In this document: in pieces, positions 37,404 through 50,344 of the stretch
How positions within the stretch are numbered: position 1 is the stretch's first letter
How the letters are laid out: every line of letters begins with the position of its first letter
Assembly (NCBI RefSeq): GCF_006345805.1
Contig: NC_043015.1
Span: 50,530,001 to 50,594,000 of the forward strand
Reading direction: 5' to 3'
Length of the DNA: 64,000 nucleotides
DNA from: Octopus sinensis
Taxonomy: Eukaryota
Notes under the pieces: model-generated
Told to the model about the DNA's origin: nothing
The model's database searches: none
What the model saw: only the letters and a program-made list of their open reading frames with translations
Made by a program: the position numbers and the translations under genes

Positions 37404-38182
37404 TACTCTTTTACTCTTTTCAGTCATTTGACTGTGGCCATGCTGGAGCACCGCCTTTAGTCGAGCAAATCGACCCCAGGACTTATTCTTTGTAAGCCTA
37501 CTACTTATTCTATCGGTCTCTTTTGCCGAACCGCTAAGATACGGTGATGTAATCACACCAGCATCAGTTGTCAAGCAATGTTGTGGGGACAAACATAGAC
37601 ACACAAACATATACACACATACATATATATGACAGGCTTCTTTCAGTTTCTGTCTACCAAATCCACTCAAGGCTTTGGATGGCCCGAGGCTATAGTAGAA
37701 GACACTTGCCCAAGGTGCCATGCAGTGGGACTGGACCCGGAAACATGTGGTTCGTATCGTATATATATATATATACACTTTCATCTTTTACTCTTTTACT
37801 TGTTTCAGTCATTTGACTGCGGCCATGCTGGAGCACCGCCTTTTAGTCGAGCAAATCGACCCCGGGACTTATTCTTTGTAAGCCCAGTACTTATTCAATC
37901 GGTCTCTTTTTGCCGAACTGCTAAGTGACGGGGACGTAAACACACCAGCATCAGTTGTCAAGCAATGCTAGGGGGACAAACACAAACATACACACACACA
38001 TACATATATATACATACATATATATGACAGGCTTCTTTCAGTTTCCGTCTACCGAATCCATTCACAAGGCTTTGGTTGGCCTGAGGCTATAGCAGAAGTC
38101 ACTTGCCCAAGATGCCGTGCAGTGGGACTGAACCCGGAACCGTGTGGCTGGTTGGCAAGCTACTTACCACACAGCCACTCCT
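37404..38182 (-). mobile_element. Two tandem SINE family A copies (37404-37752 and 37785-38182)
   Basis: Both start with tactcttttac..; the second carries young-subfamily diagnostics. Confidence 0.9.
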
Positions 38183-38321
38183 TCTAATATATATATATAT
38201 AATAGAAAATTTAGACAAATACGTATAAGTTAGTGTGTTTAAATATTAAGTAGACCATTTATATAGTTATATATATATACACACACACACACATAAAAGT
38301 ATGGGAGGTAATTCCTTACAG

Positions 38322-38404
38322 GTTCTCATCTTATTAGTCCTCTTCAGCAAAACAGAATTCACCACCAAAATTGCTGAAGAAGTGATGAGAGAATCATTGC
38401 ATAG
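38322..38404 (+). CDS. Candidate internal coding exon VLILLVLFSKTEFTTKIAEEVMRESLH(R/S)
   Basis: Acceptor ttccttacag, donor TAG|gtatat; open frame in unique sequence; a hydrophobic stretch followed by a charged helix. Confidence 0.35.
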
Positions 38405-38720
38405 GTATATGCAATATTGTTGTAATAAATGATTAAGAATGAAAATTAACGTAATTTATGGAACAAATTACAGTGAAAAACCATTCATACCTAGTGTTGT
38501 CTCTTCTTATATTTGGTGAAATAATTAAAATAATATTATTTTACTTTATTTACAAATATTTCCTTTTCGCCCACAGCATAATTATTTCCAATTAGTTGTT
38601 TATAATACTCACTGTATTGAGTACGATGCCGCTGACTTTACTTACAGTCATAATAAACTCTGTTTATAAAAGAACTATACCCTGAGACGGCGTTTGAGTT
38701 TACACACACATCCACACACA

Positions 38721-38754
<34 letters not shown>

Positions 38755-38902
38755 AACATGTTGAAATTTCATATCTAAGTCAGTGGTAACCATCAAGATG
38801 TGCATATATATATGTGTGTAATATATATATATATGTATATATATGTATATATATACATATGTATATATATATATATTTATGTATGTATATATTATATATG
38901 TG

Positions 38903-38952
<50 letters not shown>

Positions 38953-40220
38953 ATATATATATGTATATGTATATATATATCTATCTATCAATCTATCTAT
39001 ATATATTTATATTATATATATATATGATTTTTTTGATTTTTTGATTTTCCAGTTTCAGCTTATGAGCTGTGGCCATGCTGGGGCCCGCATTTATTATATA
39101 TATATATATATTTATATTTCGACATGTTGAAATTTCATATCTAAGTCAGTGGTAACCATCAGGATGTGCATGTGTATATGTGTGTATGTGTGTGTGTATG
39201 TGTGTGCGTGTGTGCGTGTGTGTGTTTGTGTATGTATGTATGTGTGTATGTATTTCTTTATTCATTTATTTCTGCATGTCGAATGTCGAAACATCAGCTC
39301 CGTCTAGGTGAGAGTCAAAACATCAAAACATCAAGAGATATTTTTATGATATGTGTCAATATTTCGATATTATCATGTTGTATTCATAATACACTGATAG
39401 AAGCCCCATATCAAAGACATAATACCCAAACATCAAAGAAGCAGTGACAAGAATTTTATTTACAAACGAACATACACATTATGGAAACTAATAAACTAAT
39501 ACCAAAAAGTTCATTTAGTCAGTGAAAAGTACAGATTAATAACAACCCATTTGCACACACATACACATACTAACAAACATATACAAACACAAACACACAC
39601 ACACAAACACATGCATACACACACACATGCATTATAGTACTGAACCAATAATTCCTTGCGTTAATCTTAAAGAGTATATTGAACTTCACCCATCTCATTG
39701 GTGGTCGATCGAAATTTTACCAGTCTACCAGTGTTGGCTTTATGAATCGAAAGTGGTTGGAGGGGGGGAAAAAAACTAAAAAAACTAACATCTATCAGCA
39801 TGTAATCTGAGAATGATTGACACGGACTAACAAGACTAACATTAATTATACAAGCTGTTTTCCCCGATCCAGTTTAAGAGTTAGCTGTATTGACCAGTCT
39901 AGTAGCAAGTAGAAAATGACCAGTAATAACAACAACTGTCTCTAGTCAATAGACTAGGCTACAGAACAAATTACATACATACATATATACATACATTATA
40001 TAATATATTATATATATATATATATATATAATATATGTATATATATATGTAATATATATATAATATATATATATATTTATATATATATATATATACATAT
40101 ATTATATATATATACCATATATAATATATACATACATATATATATATATATGTACATAAATATATATATATATACATATATATATATACTAAAAATATAT
40201 ATAAATATATTTATATATAT

Positions 40221-40262
<42 letters not shown>

Positions 40263-40306
40263 TATATATATATATTTATATATATTATATACAGTATATA
40301 TATATT

Positions 40307-40345
<39 letters not shown>

Positions 40346-40609
40346 ATATATATAAATATATATATATATATATATTTAAATATTTATATATATATATATG
40401 TGATAGTATATTATATTGTTTTATATTATATTATATTGGCTGCAGTGGAACACAACATAACAACCAGTTTAGTCAGTGCAAGTGATGTTATCTTCAATGA
40501 CCTACAAACATTATTGCCACCACCAGTTCAACAGGCGGACTAAAACTACATAATAACTATGACAACAGCAACAACAACAACAACAGCAATAATAACAATA
40601 ATAGTAATA

Positions 40610-40657
<48 letters not shown>

Positions 40658-40674
40658 TAATGATGATAATAATG

Positions 40675-40714
<40 letters not shown>

Positions 40715-41464
40715 TAATAATAGGGCTACTATAACAACAATAATGTTAATAATAGGACAATAAATACCGATAAGAATAGCAATACTAACAATGATAATAA
40801 TATTAAACCTCCCACCCCACCCCCGACGATAGCATGTACTTAGTGAACTTAAGGTTTTTTTTTTACAAAGGAACACAAGGAAAGAAAAAAACTTTACATG
40901 CACAAAAGGAAAAACAAAATAACAAATATGAATGTGTAATAGATTTTCAGTTGTTATTGTTTTTGTTTAACCCTGAGTAAACCTTGGTTTAGTAGGTCCA
41001 TTCCATCCTCGACCATCTAATGTGTTGCTTGTTCTCTGGGTTTGCTTCTTCGTGTTTTTACGGACAACACGGAGGTGTGGTATATGGTAATTTAGTTGCA
41101 GTTTCTAGCAGGTTGAGCAACCACACGGAGGCGCGTACCCTCTGCCGGAAAGACTATCTGGATTGTGGGAATTAGTTGAAGAATGAGAAAATATTATGAA
41201 ATTATATAACCATAAAACAACAATGCCAGGCAGAACATAAAACACAAAATTGAACCAGAAATTTCTCACCCACATAACGCAAATATTTATCCCATACAAA
41301 TTTATTTTCCCCACAGGAATAAACCAATGAAGGAGCATGCACAAGGTCAAGAAGTAGCCATCGAATCGCCTTCAAATCACAATTTACTGTCATCATCGTT
41401 GTTGTTTTAATGTCCACTTTTCCGTGCTTGTGTGAGTTGGGTGGAATTTATTGAGGTGGATTTT

Positions 41465-41892
41465 GGATCTTTTTGGTTTGAACGGCAGTTTTTAACATAG
41501 TTTCTAGGTAACTAAAAAATTTTAAACTTCGTATACTGGTAGAATGTGTTTATAAAACATCTTTTTCTCTTGGCTTTATTGAGAAAATTCTATAGTTTGT
41601 AAGATATTTGTTGTTTTTTTTCTTCAATTTCTGCAATTTCAACCAATCAATGACCGTCTATTGCGGTAAAAAACATTCTGTGCCGTATGAATATGTCTCT
41701 CGTTTAAGAAACAGATTGGGCTTATTTACATTTCTGAAGCAAAAAAGATACCCTTACCCCCACCCCTAACCCTAACTAACCCTAACCCTAAAACAGATTG
41801 AAATGCAATAGATCGATACTAGGGTCATAATTGTGGGTGACAATTTCATATGACACCGCTAGAAAAAACGGTTGTTCAAACCGAAAAGATCC
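41465..41892. mobile_element. MITE with ~28-bp TIRs and internal (CCCTAA)n
   Basis: Left ggatctttttggtttgaacggcagtttt; right end reverse complement ggatcttttcggtttgaacaaccgtttt; ccctaa repeats at about 41764-41790. Confidence 0.75.
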
Positions 41893-42069
41893 TAGATTTT
41901 TTCTACAGCCGGATGCTCTTCCTATCACCAGCCTTCACCTGTTTCCAAACAAGGTGATACTTTCCCCATGACATATTTTCAGGTAGGATTAGAAGCAAAC
42001 AACACTTCTTGCTCAGAAGAAAGTCACACTCGTTCATGGCCATCATACGATGCCAAGACAAAGAGACAC

Positions 42070-42450
42070 ACTCTTTTACTTGTTTCAGTCATTTGACTGT
42101 GGCCATGCTGGAGCACCGCCTTTAGTTGAGCAAATCGACCCCAGGACTTATTCTTTGTAAGCTTAGTACTTATTCTATCGGTCTCTTTTTCCCGAAATGC
42201 TAAGTAACGAGAATGTAAGCACACCAGCATCAGTTGTTAAGCGATGTGTTGGGGGGGGGTTACAAACACAGACACACACAAACATATATATGACGGGCTT
42301 CTTTCAGTTTCTGTCTACCAAATCCACTCACAAGGCTTTGGCTAGCCCGAGGCTATAGTAGAAGACACTTGTCCAAGGAGTCACACAGTGTGACTGAACC
42401 CGGAACCATGTGGTTGGTAAGCAAGTTACTTACCACAGAGCCACTCTTAC
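42070..42450 (-). mobile_element. Full-length SINE family A
   Basis: Family consensus match. Confidence 0.9.
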
Positions 42451-42499
42451 ACGTGTATGTTTGTTGTATGTGTGTGTATGTGTGTGTGTGTTGGTGGTG

Positions 42500-42530
<31 letters not shown>

Positions 42531-42717
42531 GATATATATATATATATATATAAATATCAGGTGTGGCTGTATGGTAAGGAGCTTGCTTTCCAACCACATG
42601 GTTCTGGGTTCAGTCCCACTGCATGGCACCATGGGTAAGTGTCTTTTATTATAGCCTTGGGCCAACCAAAGCCTTGTGAGTGGATTTGGTAGACGGAATC
42701 TGAAAGAAGCTCGTCAT

Positions 42718-42865
42718 CATTACCATCATCATCGTTTAACATCTGCTTTCCATGCTGGCATGGGTTGGATGGTTTGACCTGAGACTGGCAAGCCAGGAGG
42801 CCGCACACCAGGCTCCAATTTGATCTGGCAAGGTTTCTCCAGCTGGATGCCCTCCGTAACATCAA
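42718..42865 (-). mobile_element. Family B copy (preceded by a family A head at 42567-42712, + strand)
   Basis: catcatcgtttaacatctgctttccatgc... Confidence 0.8.
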
Positions 42866-43192
42866 CCACACACACATATATATAATATATATGGAAATTG
42901 TAGTTGTGGCTGTTACTAGTGCTGGTGACATGCGAAAAGCACCATTCATTCACTCTCGGAGTGGTTGACGTTAGGAATTATGGTGAGCTGGCAGAACCAT
43001 TAGCATGCCGTGGTATTTCATCTGCCGTTAAGTTCTGAGTTTGTCCCTCCTCCCACCATCTCTTGACAACTATACAGCTATATAAAAATATTTATGCAAT
43101 ATATTATGTATATGTATGTATGTATGTGTGTATGTATATATATATGATATATATATATATATATATACACACATACACACACATATATATAT

Positions 43193-43627
43193 ATAGACGT
43201 AAGAGTGGCTGTGTGGTAAGTAGCTTGCTTATGAACTACATGGTTCCGGGTTCAGTCCCACTGCGTGTCACTTTGGGCAAGTGTCTTCTACTATAGTCTT
43301 GGGCCAACCAAAGCCTTGTGAGTGGATTTGGTAGACAGAAACTGAAAGAAGCCTGTCGTATATATGTATATATATGCATGTGTGTGTGTATTTGTGCATC
43401 CTTGTTTGTCCCCCCAACATCGCTTGACAACAGATGCTGGTGTATTTACGTCCCATAATTTAGCAGTTCAGCAAGAGAGACCAATAGAATAAGTACTAAG
43501 CTTACAAAGAATAGGTCCTGGGGTCGATTTGTTCGACTAAAAGCGGTGCTCCAGCATGGCCACAGTCAAATGACTGAAACAAGTAAAAGTAAAAAATAAA
43601 GTTAAAAATAAAGGTAAAAGTAAAAGT
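43193..43627 (+). mobile_element. Full-length SINE family A
   Basis: Head to (GTAAAA)n tail. Confidence 0.9.
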
Positions 43628-44341
43628 GAAAGATCTTCCACTGATCAGATCACCAGGAACGCTTGTTATTGTAACTGGAGGAGTGCCAGATATTATCAGC
43701 TAGAACTAATACACATTCCAACAAGTTTGGCCTCCAATGATAACACAATAAGCAATAACCAACAGTGGTGCATTGTGGGTATTGTGATTGTTGTCACATG
43801 GTGTGTACTCGAATAATTCCTAAACTTAATACTTTAGCTTCAATATAAACAAAAGCAAAGTTATTTCTACACATAATACTACTTCAGTCTGACTTTTATC
43901 TTTATTTCGGAAAGTGTATGTGTTATTAGATTTGAAAACAAATTACAACCAGATTATATTATGGTATTATGGTATTGCAGGAATGGAATTATTTAATAAA
44001 GTATAAAGAAAATTTTAGCCTCTTTGGTGGTTGTGTAACATAATCGGTCAGAACACCCAGAATAAACACCCTTGGTATCCAAACAAACAACTGTCTTCAA
44101 AGACATTGGAGAAATAAGTTTTTGCAGTAAATTTGAAAAAGGAAATGTTTAGCCATTACTATATAAATAATAATATCATAGGGTATGGGGTTTCGGTGGA
44201 AACATGTCAATGTTCAGCTTTCATTTTATATACACACACACACACACACACACACATATGCGCGCACACACACACATATATATATACTCATATATTTTGC
44301 TTTTGTATACACATGCATACATACATATATGCATACACACG

Positions 44342-44375
<34 letters not shown>

Positions 44376-44831
44376 CATACACACACATACATATGTACGT
44401 ACATGCATACAGCCACGTGTATATGCATGCACACTGACACACACACATGCGCACAAATAAACAAACAAATAGAACACAGCTCTGGTAATGGACAGAGTCA
44501 ACGACTAATGAAGAGGTTGCAGGAAGCAATGAAAATTTTAGAAAAAATAAATAAGTGAATGAGTGGAAATCTAACCGGTGAGTGTGTTAATTAATAAGGC
44601 ATTAAAACAGAATGACTCTCCCCAGACACAATCATATATATATATATACACACACACACACATATATATATGTATATATATAATATATATATATATATAT
44701 ATGATATAATATATATATATATATGCACACATATATATACATATATATATATATATACATATATATACACACACAAACACACACGCACACACACATATAA
44801 AATTAATATGTGACAATTATTTGGTTGCCAT

Positions 44832-44892
44832 AATAAGACTCCGAATTTCGGATGTTGGGGTGGAAACCTGCTCCGGCATCTCATCAGTTATC
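44832..44892 (-). ncRNA. Type-I hammerhead with intact core and GUC cleavage triplet
   Basis: Reverse complement: GAUAA-CUGAUGA-GAUG..CAUC-C-GAAA-UUCGGAG-U-C-UUAUU. Confidence 0.75.
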
Positions 44893-44939
44893 GAGGCAAT
44901 CAAAATACATTCATTTTCCTAGCATATTTTGATTGCCTC

Positions 44940-44999
44940 GATAACTGATGAATGCTGGAGCAGGTTTCCACCCCAACATCTGAAACTCTCAGTCTTATT
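44940..44999 (+). ncRNA. Type-I hammerhead (G10.1 lost), GUC triplet
   Basis: GAUAA-CUGAUGA-AUG..CAUC-U-GAAA-CUCUCAG-U-C-UUAUU. Confidence 0.6.
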
Positions 45000-45184
45000 A
45001 TGGAAACCAAATAATTGTCACATATTATTACAGATATTTTGTTGTCTTACCATACTATTATTATTATTATTATTATTATTATTTATATTATATATATATA
45101 TATATATATAATATATATATATATATTAGCAAAAACAGTAAGATAACAAAAGAAAGAAAGAGACTTCAATATTAATGTAAATTG

Positions 45185-45364
45185 AGGAATTTATCTGTAA
45201 ATATAATATGTGACAATTATTCGGTAGCCAAGATAAAACTCTGAGTTTCGATGGCCGGATAAGTGAAGAGATGGTGTTGTGGATTTCCACCTCGGCATCC
45301 GAAACTCCGAGTTTTATCTTGGCTACTGAATAATTGTCACATATTATATTTACAGATAAATTCC

Positions 45365-45365
<1 letters not shown>
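45185..45365. mobile_element. Second family H palindrome (66-bp arms, 2 mismatches) with a hammerhead at 45258-45318 (+; C3G)
   Basis: 45185-45250 is inverted to 45300-45365. GAUAA-GUGAAGA-GAUG..CAUC-C-GAAA-CUCCGAG-U-U-UUAUC. Confidence 0.8.
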
Positions 45366-45396
<31 letters not shown>

Positions 45397-45413
45397 AACA
45401 TAATATATATATA

Positions 45414-45683
45414 CAGTGAAACTTTGGTTTATGAATTTGATTTATTCCTGAAGGCCATTTATTACCCAAAATGTTCATAAACTAAAACTATTTTCTCCAT
45501 AGGAAATTCAAGAGACAGCATGCTTGTTGTTAACTGTTGTGTGTTCATTTGTGTTTATTGTGGCCAGTTGTGCATTCATTATTTGCAACACTGTTTGTCA
45601 CCTGCGACATTTTATGTTCAAAAAATTATATATAAAACTAATTTGTTCATGATGAGAGGAATTCATAAATTGTGATTCTACTG
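45414..45683. mobile_element. Possible Tigger/pogo-type MITE remnant
   Basis: TA-CAGTGAAAC...GATTCTACTG-TA; weak TIRs. Confidence 0.3.
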
Positions 45684-47239
45684 TACATATATATACATAC
45701 ATACACACACACATACACAATATAAATATTTATTTATATTAGTAATAAAAGATGCAATGATTTCACAGAGGTTTTTTAAAGTTTCATTATAAATTCTACA
45801 GCTGTTTCAACAGTTAAAATATAAACGGTATTATTCGTATAATTAAATATATATGATTAATTAGTTTAAATGTCACAGATAAATCGTTTTCATCAGGAAA
45901 TAAAATTGCAACACAAAAAACTAAAACTGATGCTAAATTGAAGATATATCCAAAACACACACACACACACACACAACATGTCAACACTTCCATGTTTGCT
46001 TGGGTCAAATGTGTGAGTATGTGTGTGTGTGTATGTGTGTGTATGTGTGTGTGTGTGTGTATGTGTGTGTGTGTGTCTAGGCACAGCACATTCACATATC
46101 AATTAATTTAATGTATTGAATATATAATTTCTAAATATAATATATTTTATTTATTCATAATAACTGGTCATATAAAGATAGAGTTTATATTATTGCTATA
46201 TCGTTATTTAAATGGATTAATTATCTTAATTGACCCTTTTTCTCTTATCATCATCACGGGACGGTGAATTGGCAGAGTTGTTAGAGCAGCAGGCAAAACA
46301 CCTCGCAGTACTTCTGGCTCTTTATATCCTGAGTTCAATTCCTACCATGATTGACTTTGCTTTCCCTCCGACCAGGGTATCAATAAAGTAACATAAAATA
46401 GGGTCTGATATCAATGGTAGCGATTAACATTCTCCCAGAAATTTCAGGCTAGAAACAATTCTAAGAGATTACTGATGCCACTAGTTTGGTGAAGATAAAA
46501 TGCCTGCAATAATGCATTTGCTATTTGTGCCGATCATTTTATTCCATCACAAGAGAACGATACAAAACGAATGTGTTTTATATGGTATATGTTAGCACTG
46601 TCGAATGACACCATGTGTGATCATATCAAATGTAAAACCATTTGAAGGGCAAAACCCAATCACAACAAAAAGAAAAGCCACAGGTGTATTTATATAACAG
46701 AAAAAACAAAAATGAAAATACTGAGCGCAGATTTTCTCCCAGCAAGGAAAACGTTCAATAAAATATTTAATGGAGGAATATCTGAAGAAACAATGGTTTA
46801 CTCGCATCCTCAGAGATTTCCAAAGTAATTGCGAAAATGCAAAAAGCTAGCAAGCCACATAATGACAAGGGAACGAGGGGAACTTTAGTTTTTCCTGCGG
46901 CATCTGTTGTGATTTTCTAGTGCCAGGAAGTCGAGTGCATATTTAATTACCAAGGCTGTCCCTTTGTCGTTATCAAAAGTGCATTAATGAAATGACTGAG
47001 GATGAGTAAAAAATAAATAAATAAATAAATAAAAACAAAGACGAAACAAAAACAAAAACAAACAAACTGTACAGTTGCCAGTTTGCTGTAAATTGATGAA
47101 TCCATTTTAAGAGATAATAAAGCTCTTCTGATGTTAGGAGTTTGGATGCTAAACAGCTTCAAGAGGAAATGCTATATCATTTATCATTAATTTTACATGT
47201 TCCAGCCATTGGACCGTGGTCATACAGGGGTACTACCTT

Positions 47240-47510
47240 GAAGTGTCAGCACGCCAGGCGAAATGCTTAATAGTATTTCCTCTGCCGCTACCTCCTGAGT
47301 TCAAATTCCGCCAAGATCGACATTGCCTTTCAAGGTCGATAAAATAAGTACCAGTTACGCACTGGGATCGATGTAATCGACTTAATCCCTTTGTCTGTCC
47401 TTGTTTGTCTCCTCTATGTTTAGCCCCTTCCTTAAATCCATAAAAATGTTTTAGCCCAAAGGCCGCGGCCATGCTGGGGCACCACTTGTGGACAATAAAG
47501 AAATAAAATT
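47240..47510 (+). mobile_element. SINE family C, with a family A fragment embedded near the 3' end
   Basis: gcacgccaggcgaaatgctta...tttagcccc[...gcggccatgctgggg]...aataaagaaataa. Confidence 0.7.
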
Positions 47511-49096
47511 GAGGCCCGTTCCGTTGTATTTCAAACCTGGTACTTATTTCCTCAGTGTGAGTTAGAGAATGTAAACAAACCAACACTGGTTCCAAAATGG
47601 TGAGAGACAAACAAAGAACATAGCCACATGCATACTATTTATTGCAGGTAAATTTCAACAACTAAATGTTATATGAACCCTTAAGGGTTATATGAATCCC
47701 CCTTAAGAACCACTTGCTTAGAGACTAGGTCTCCTATCTGACAAGGACCTGTTATCCTGGCGATCTGCTACAATGTATAAATCAAACAAGCTTCCCTAAT
47801 TTCTCCTAGTCTCAGAGATTCTGAAAAAAGACCCAGCTAGGAGCACTGTCCCTTTCTTCCCATGACTTAACCACATAATACGAAAAGAAAACAAAACAAG
47901 AACAACAAAAAAAAAAAAATAGAAATCATGTTTCAACCGTGTTTACTTTGTGCCAATTCTGTCCAGTATTTTCTCCGTGGATATAATTGTGATTTGATAA
48001 CGGGTTTTTCTCTTAGTCTTGACTGTAAAAACATTCTATTTTTCCCGAAGTACTGATAAATACAACCTTCTTACAATATCTGTCTGATATTGCCAGTACA
48101 CTCCACGTACCGTTGCCATTAATTGGCTCTCGTGTTTTTCTATCCTCAAAGGTTTCCTTATCTTCTAACTGATTACATAACGCTAACTCGCTGTTGGAAC
48201 AGCTAAAAGATTGCAGTCTATTATTCTGAATTTATTAGACAAGTCTGTCTGGAGTGCAAGGCTGGTTAATACATTTATATTATTCCTCCCCCCAGAATAC
48301 TTCCTTTGTTTGTTGATATCCAAAGACTAATACACACTTGTGTAATATTAATCTCAAGACTTAAAATATCCTTTTTCTGTTTTTTTTCGTTTTTTAAATG
48401 GACTGGTCAGATGAGGAATGGCAGTGTCTATGATTTTACTCAAGCCTTCCAACTCTAGTGGGAAGAAATCCTCACCCTTTTCCTCTTCCTCCTCCTCCTC
48501 CTCATCATCATCATTATCATCAACATCGTCATTGTCATCATCATTGCATTCATCAGTGCCGTCATCATCGTTTGTCATCACCATCATCATCATCGTCATC
48601 ATTGATTGTCCTCATTGTCATCAGCATCATTACCATCATCGTCATCATTATTGTAGTCAACGTCATTGTCATCATCATCGTCATCATCATCATCCTCATC
48701 ATCATCACCCCATCATCCTCATCATTGTTGTCATCATTATCATCATCATTAATCAATCCCTGGACATTACTATCACAAGTCTTAACACTCACAGAGCCCC
48801 TCTACAACAAGAACCTGCTTTCTCCCCTTCTCTCATACTTTAATCCCTCATCTTATTACATAATGTCCCTTCCTCCTTCAGGGTACATGGTATTGTTGAG
48901 TTGCATAAAAGCTTCACAAGTGCTGGGAACATGAAGGAAAAAAAAAAGAAAAAAGCACCCACTTACATGCTACTGAGTGGTTGGCATTTAGGAAGGGCAT
49001 CCAGACCAAGAAACCACGCCAGAGCAGACAACTGGAATTGGTGTGGCCCTTAGATCCATCGCATCCTGCCAAACCATCCAAACCAATTATGGTGAT

Positions 49097-49362
49097 AATA
49101 ATGATTATGATGATGAACAAAATAAACATGATAGTCATGGTTGGAACAGCTTTGATTATAGGTCTACTCAATCAGAGTTTATAAGGGGTTAAACGACAAT
49201 AACAATAAGGGCCAAGTTAAAGGAGCGACGAGAAAATAATGATTATGATGATGAACCAAAATAAACATGATAGTCATGGTTGGAACATCTTTGATTATAG
49301 GTCTACTCAATCAGAGTTTATAAGGGGTTAAAGAACAATAACAATAAGGGCCAAGTCAAAGG
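49097..49362 (+). repeat. Tandem duplication, period about 138 bp
   Basis: aataatgattatgatgatgaac...gggccaagt(t/c)aaagg at 49097 and 49235. Confidence 0.9.
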
Positions 49363-50344
49363 CAGGAGAGACTCCAAAAGTCTGCCTTCGTCTTAACACA
49401 CTCACAACATGCCAACCGTTTTTAATGGCTAAACTCTGCTTCAGTCTCTTACGTAAAAGACAAAAGTTTCCAGCGCCAATGCATTAGTTCCTTACAAGAC
49501 TACAGAACATTCACATTTGTTTTATTCTTATTTATATTATCAGCACATTATTCATGGTTTAAGTTTTGCAACCGAGCTATACATTCTATGGAATATACAC
49601 AAAAAAGTCTTTCTGATAATCAATCTCCCAAGAAGGAAAAAATGCATTTAAAAAAAATAGGAAAACAAAGACAAAACGAAAACAAAACAACAAGAGTTTC
49701 CATTTCATGTTTTTTGATAAATCTGAAGTGTTTATGCCAAAAATGTTGTTATTAATCATTTTTAGCGGTGGAGAATTGGTTTTCTTCAAGAATTCACTGA
49801 GAAAATCTTTTGCAATATTAATGCTTTATTAAATTTGATTTATAACTTAACTCTTTGGTTGAAAACTGGATAACGACCCTATTTCATGATGGTGCATTGG
49901 TACAAAAGTAAGATATTATCAACAAACGTGAAAATTATGTCTTTGGAATTTCTTGGCATTCATTCTTCTTTTTTTTTTTAATCTTTTATCTTTTGTTTTA
50001 GTTGTTGGACTGTGGCCATGCTAGGGCATTGCCTTGAAGGGGTTTAAGTTAAACAAATCAATCCTGTCCTTTTTTTTTTTTTTAATATGATGTTTATTCA
50101 ATCAGTTTCTTTTGCTGCACTACTAAGTTATAAATAAATAAACAAACTTTTTAACTACACAACCATGTCTGCAGTAGCTGAAAGAGTTGATGGAGCATCG
50201 GATGAAATAGTTGGTGCTATAATAGCTACTTCTCAATGTTCTGTGGTCAACAAAGGGAAAACTGCAGCAGTCAAGCAGAGGAATCAGTCTGACCGAGTAA
50301 AAATCTCAAAGAAGATACAAAACCACAGTCATGTAATAATGAAC

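Larger units (their letters stand above)
44804..45027. mobile_element. Palindromic family H element; each ~103-bp arm carries a hammerhead
   Basis: 44804-44907 is inverted to 44925-45027 with a 17-bp spacer. Confidence 0.85.

Noticed and set aside
38322-38670. Tetraspanin interpretation of the 38322 exon and the nearby hydrophobic frame LFIILTVLSTMPLTLL
   Set aside because: No CCG-containing EC2 exon or GCCGA-type TM2 exon was found, and the phases do not fit.
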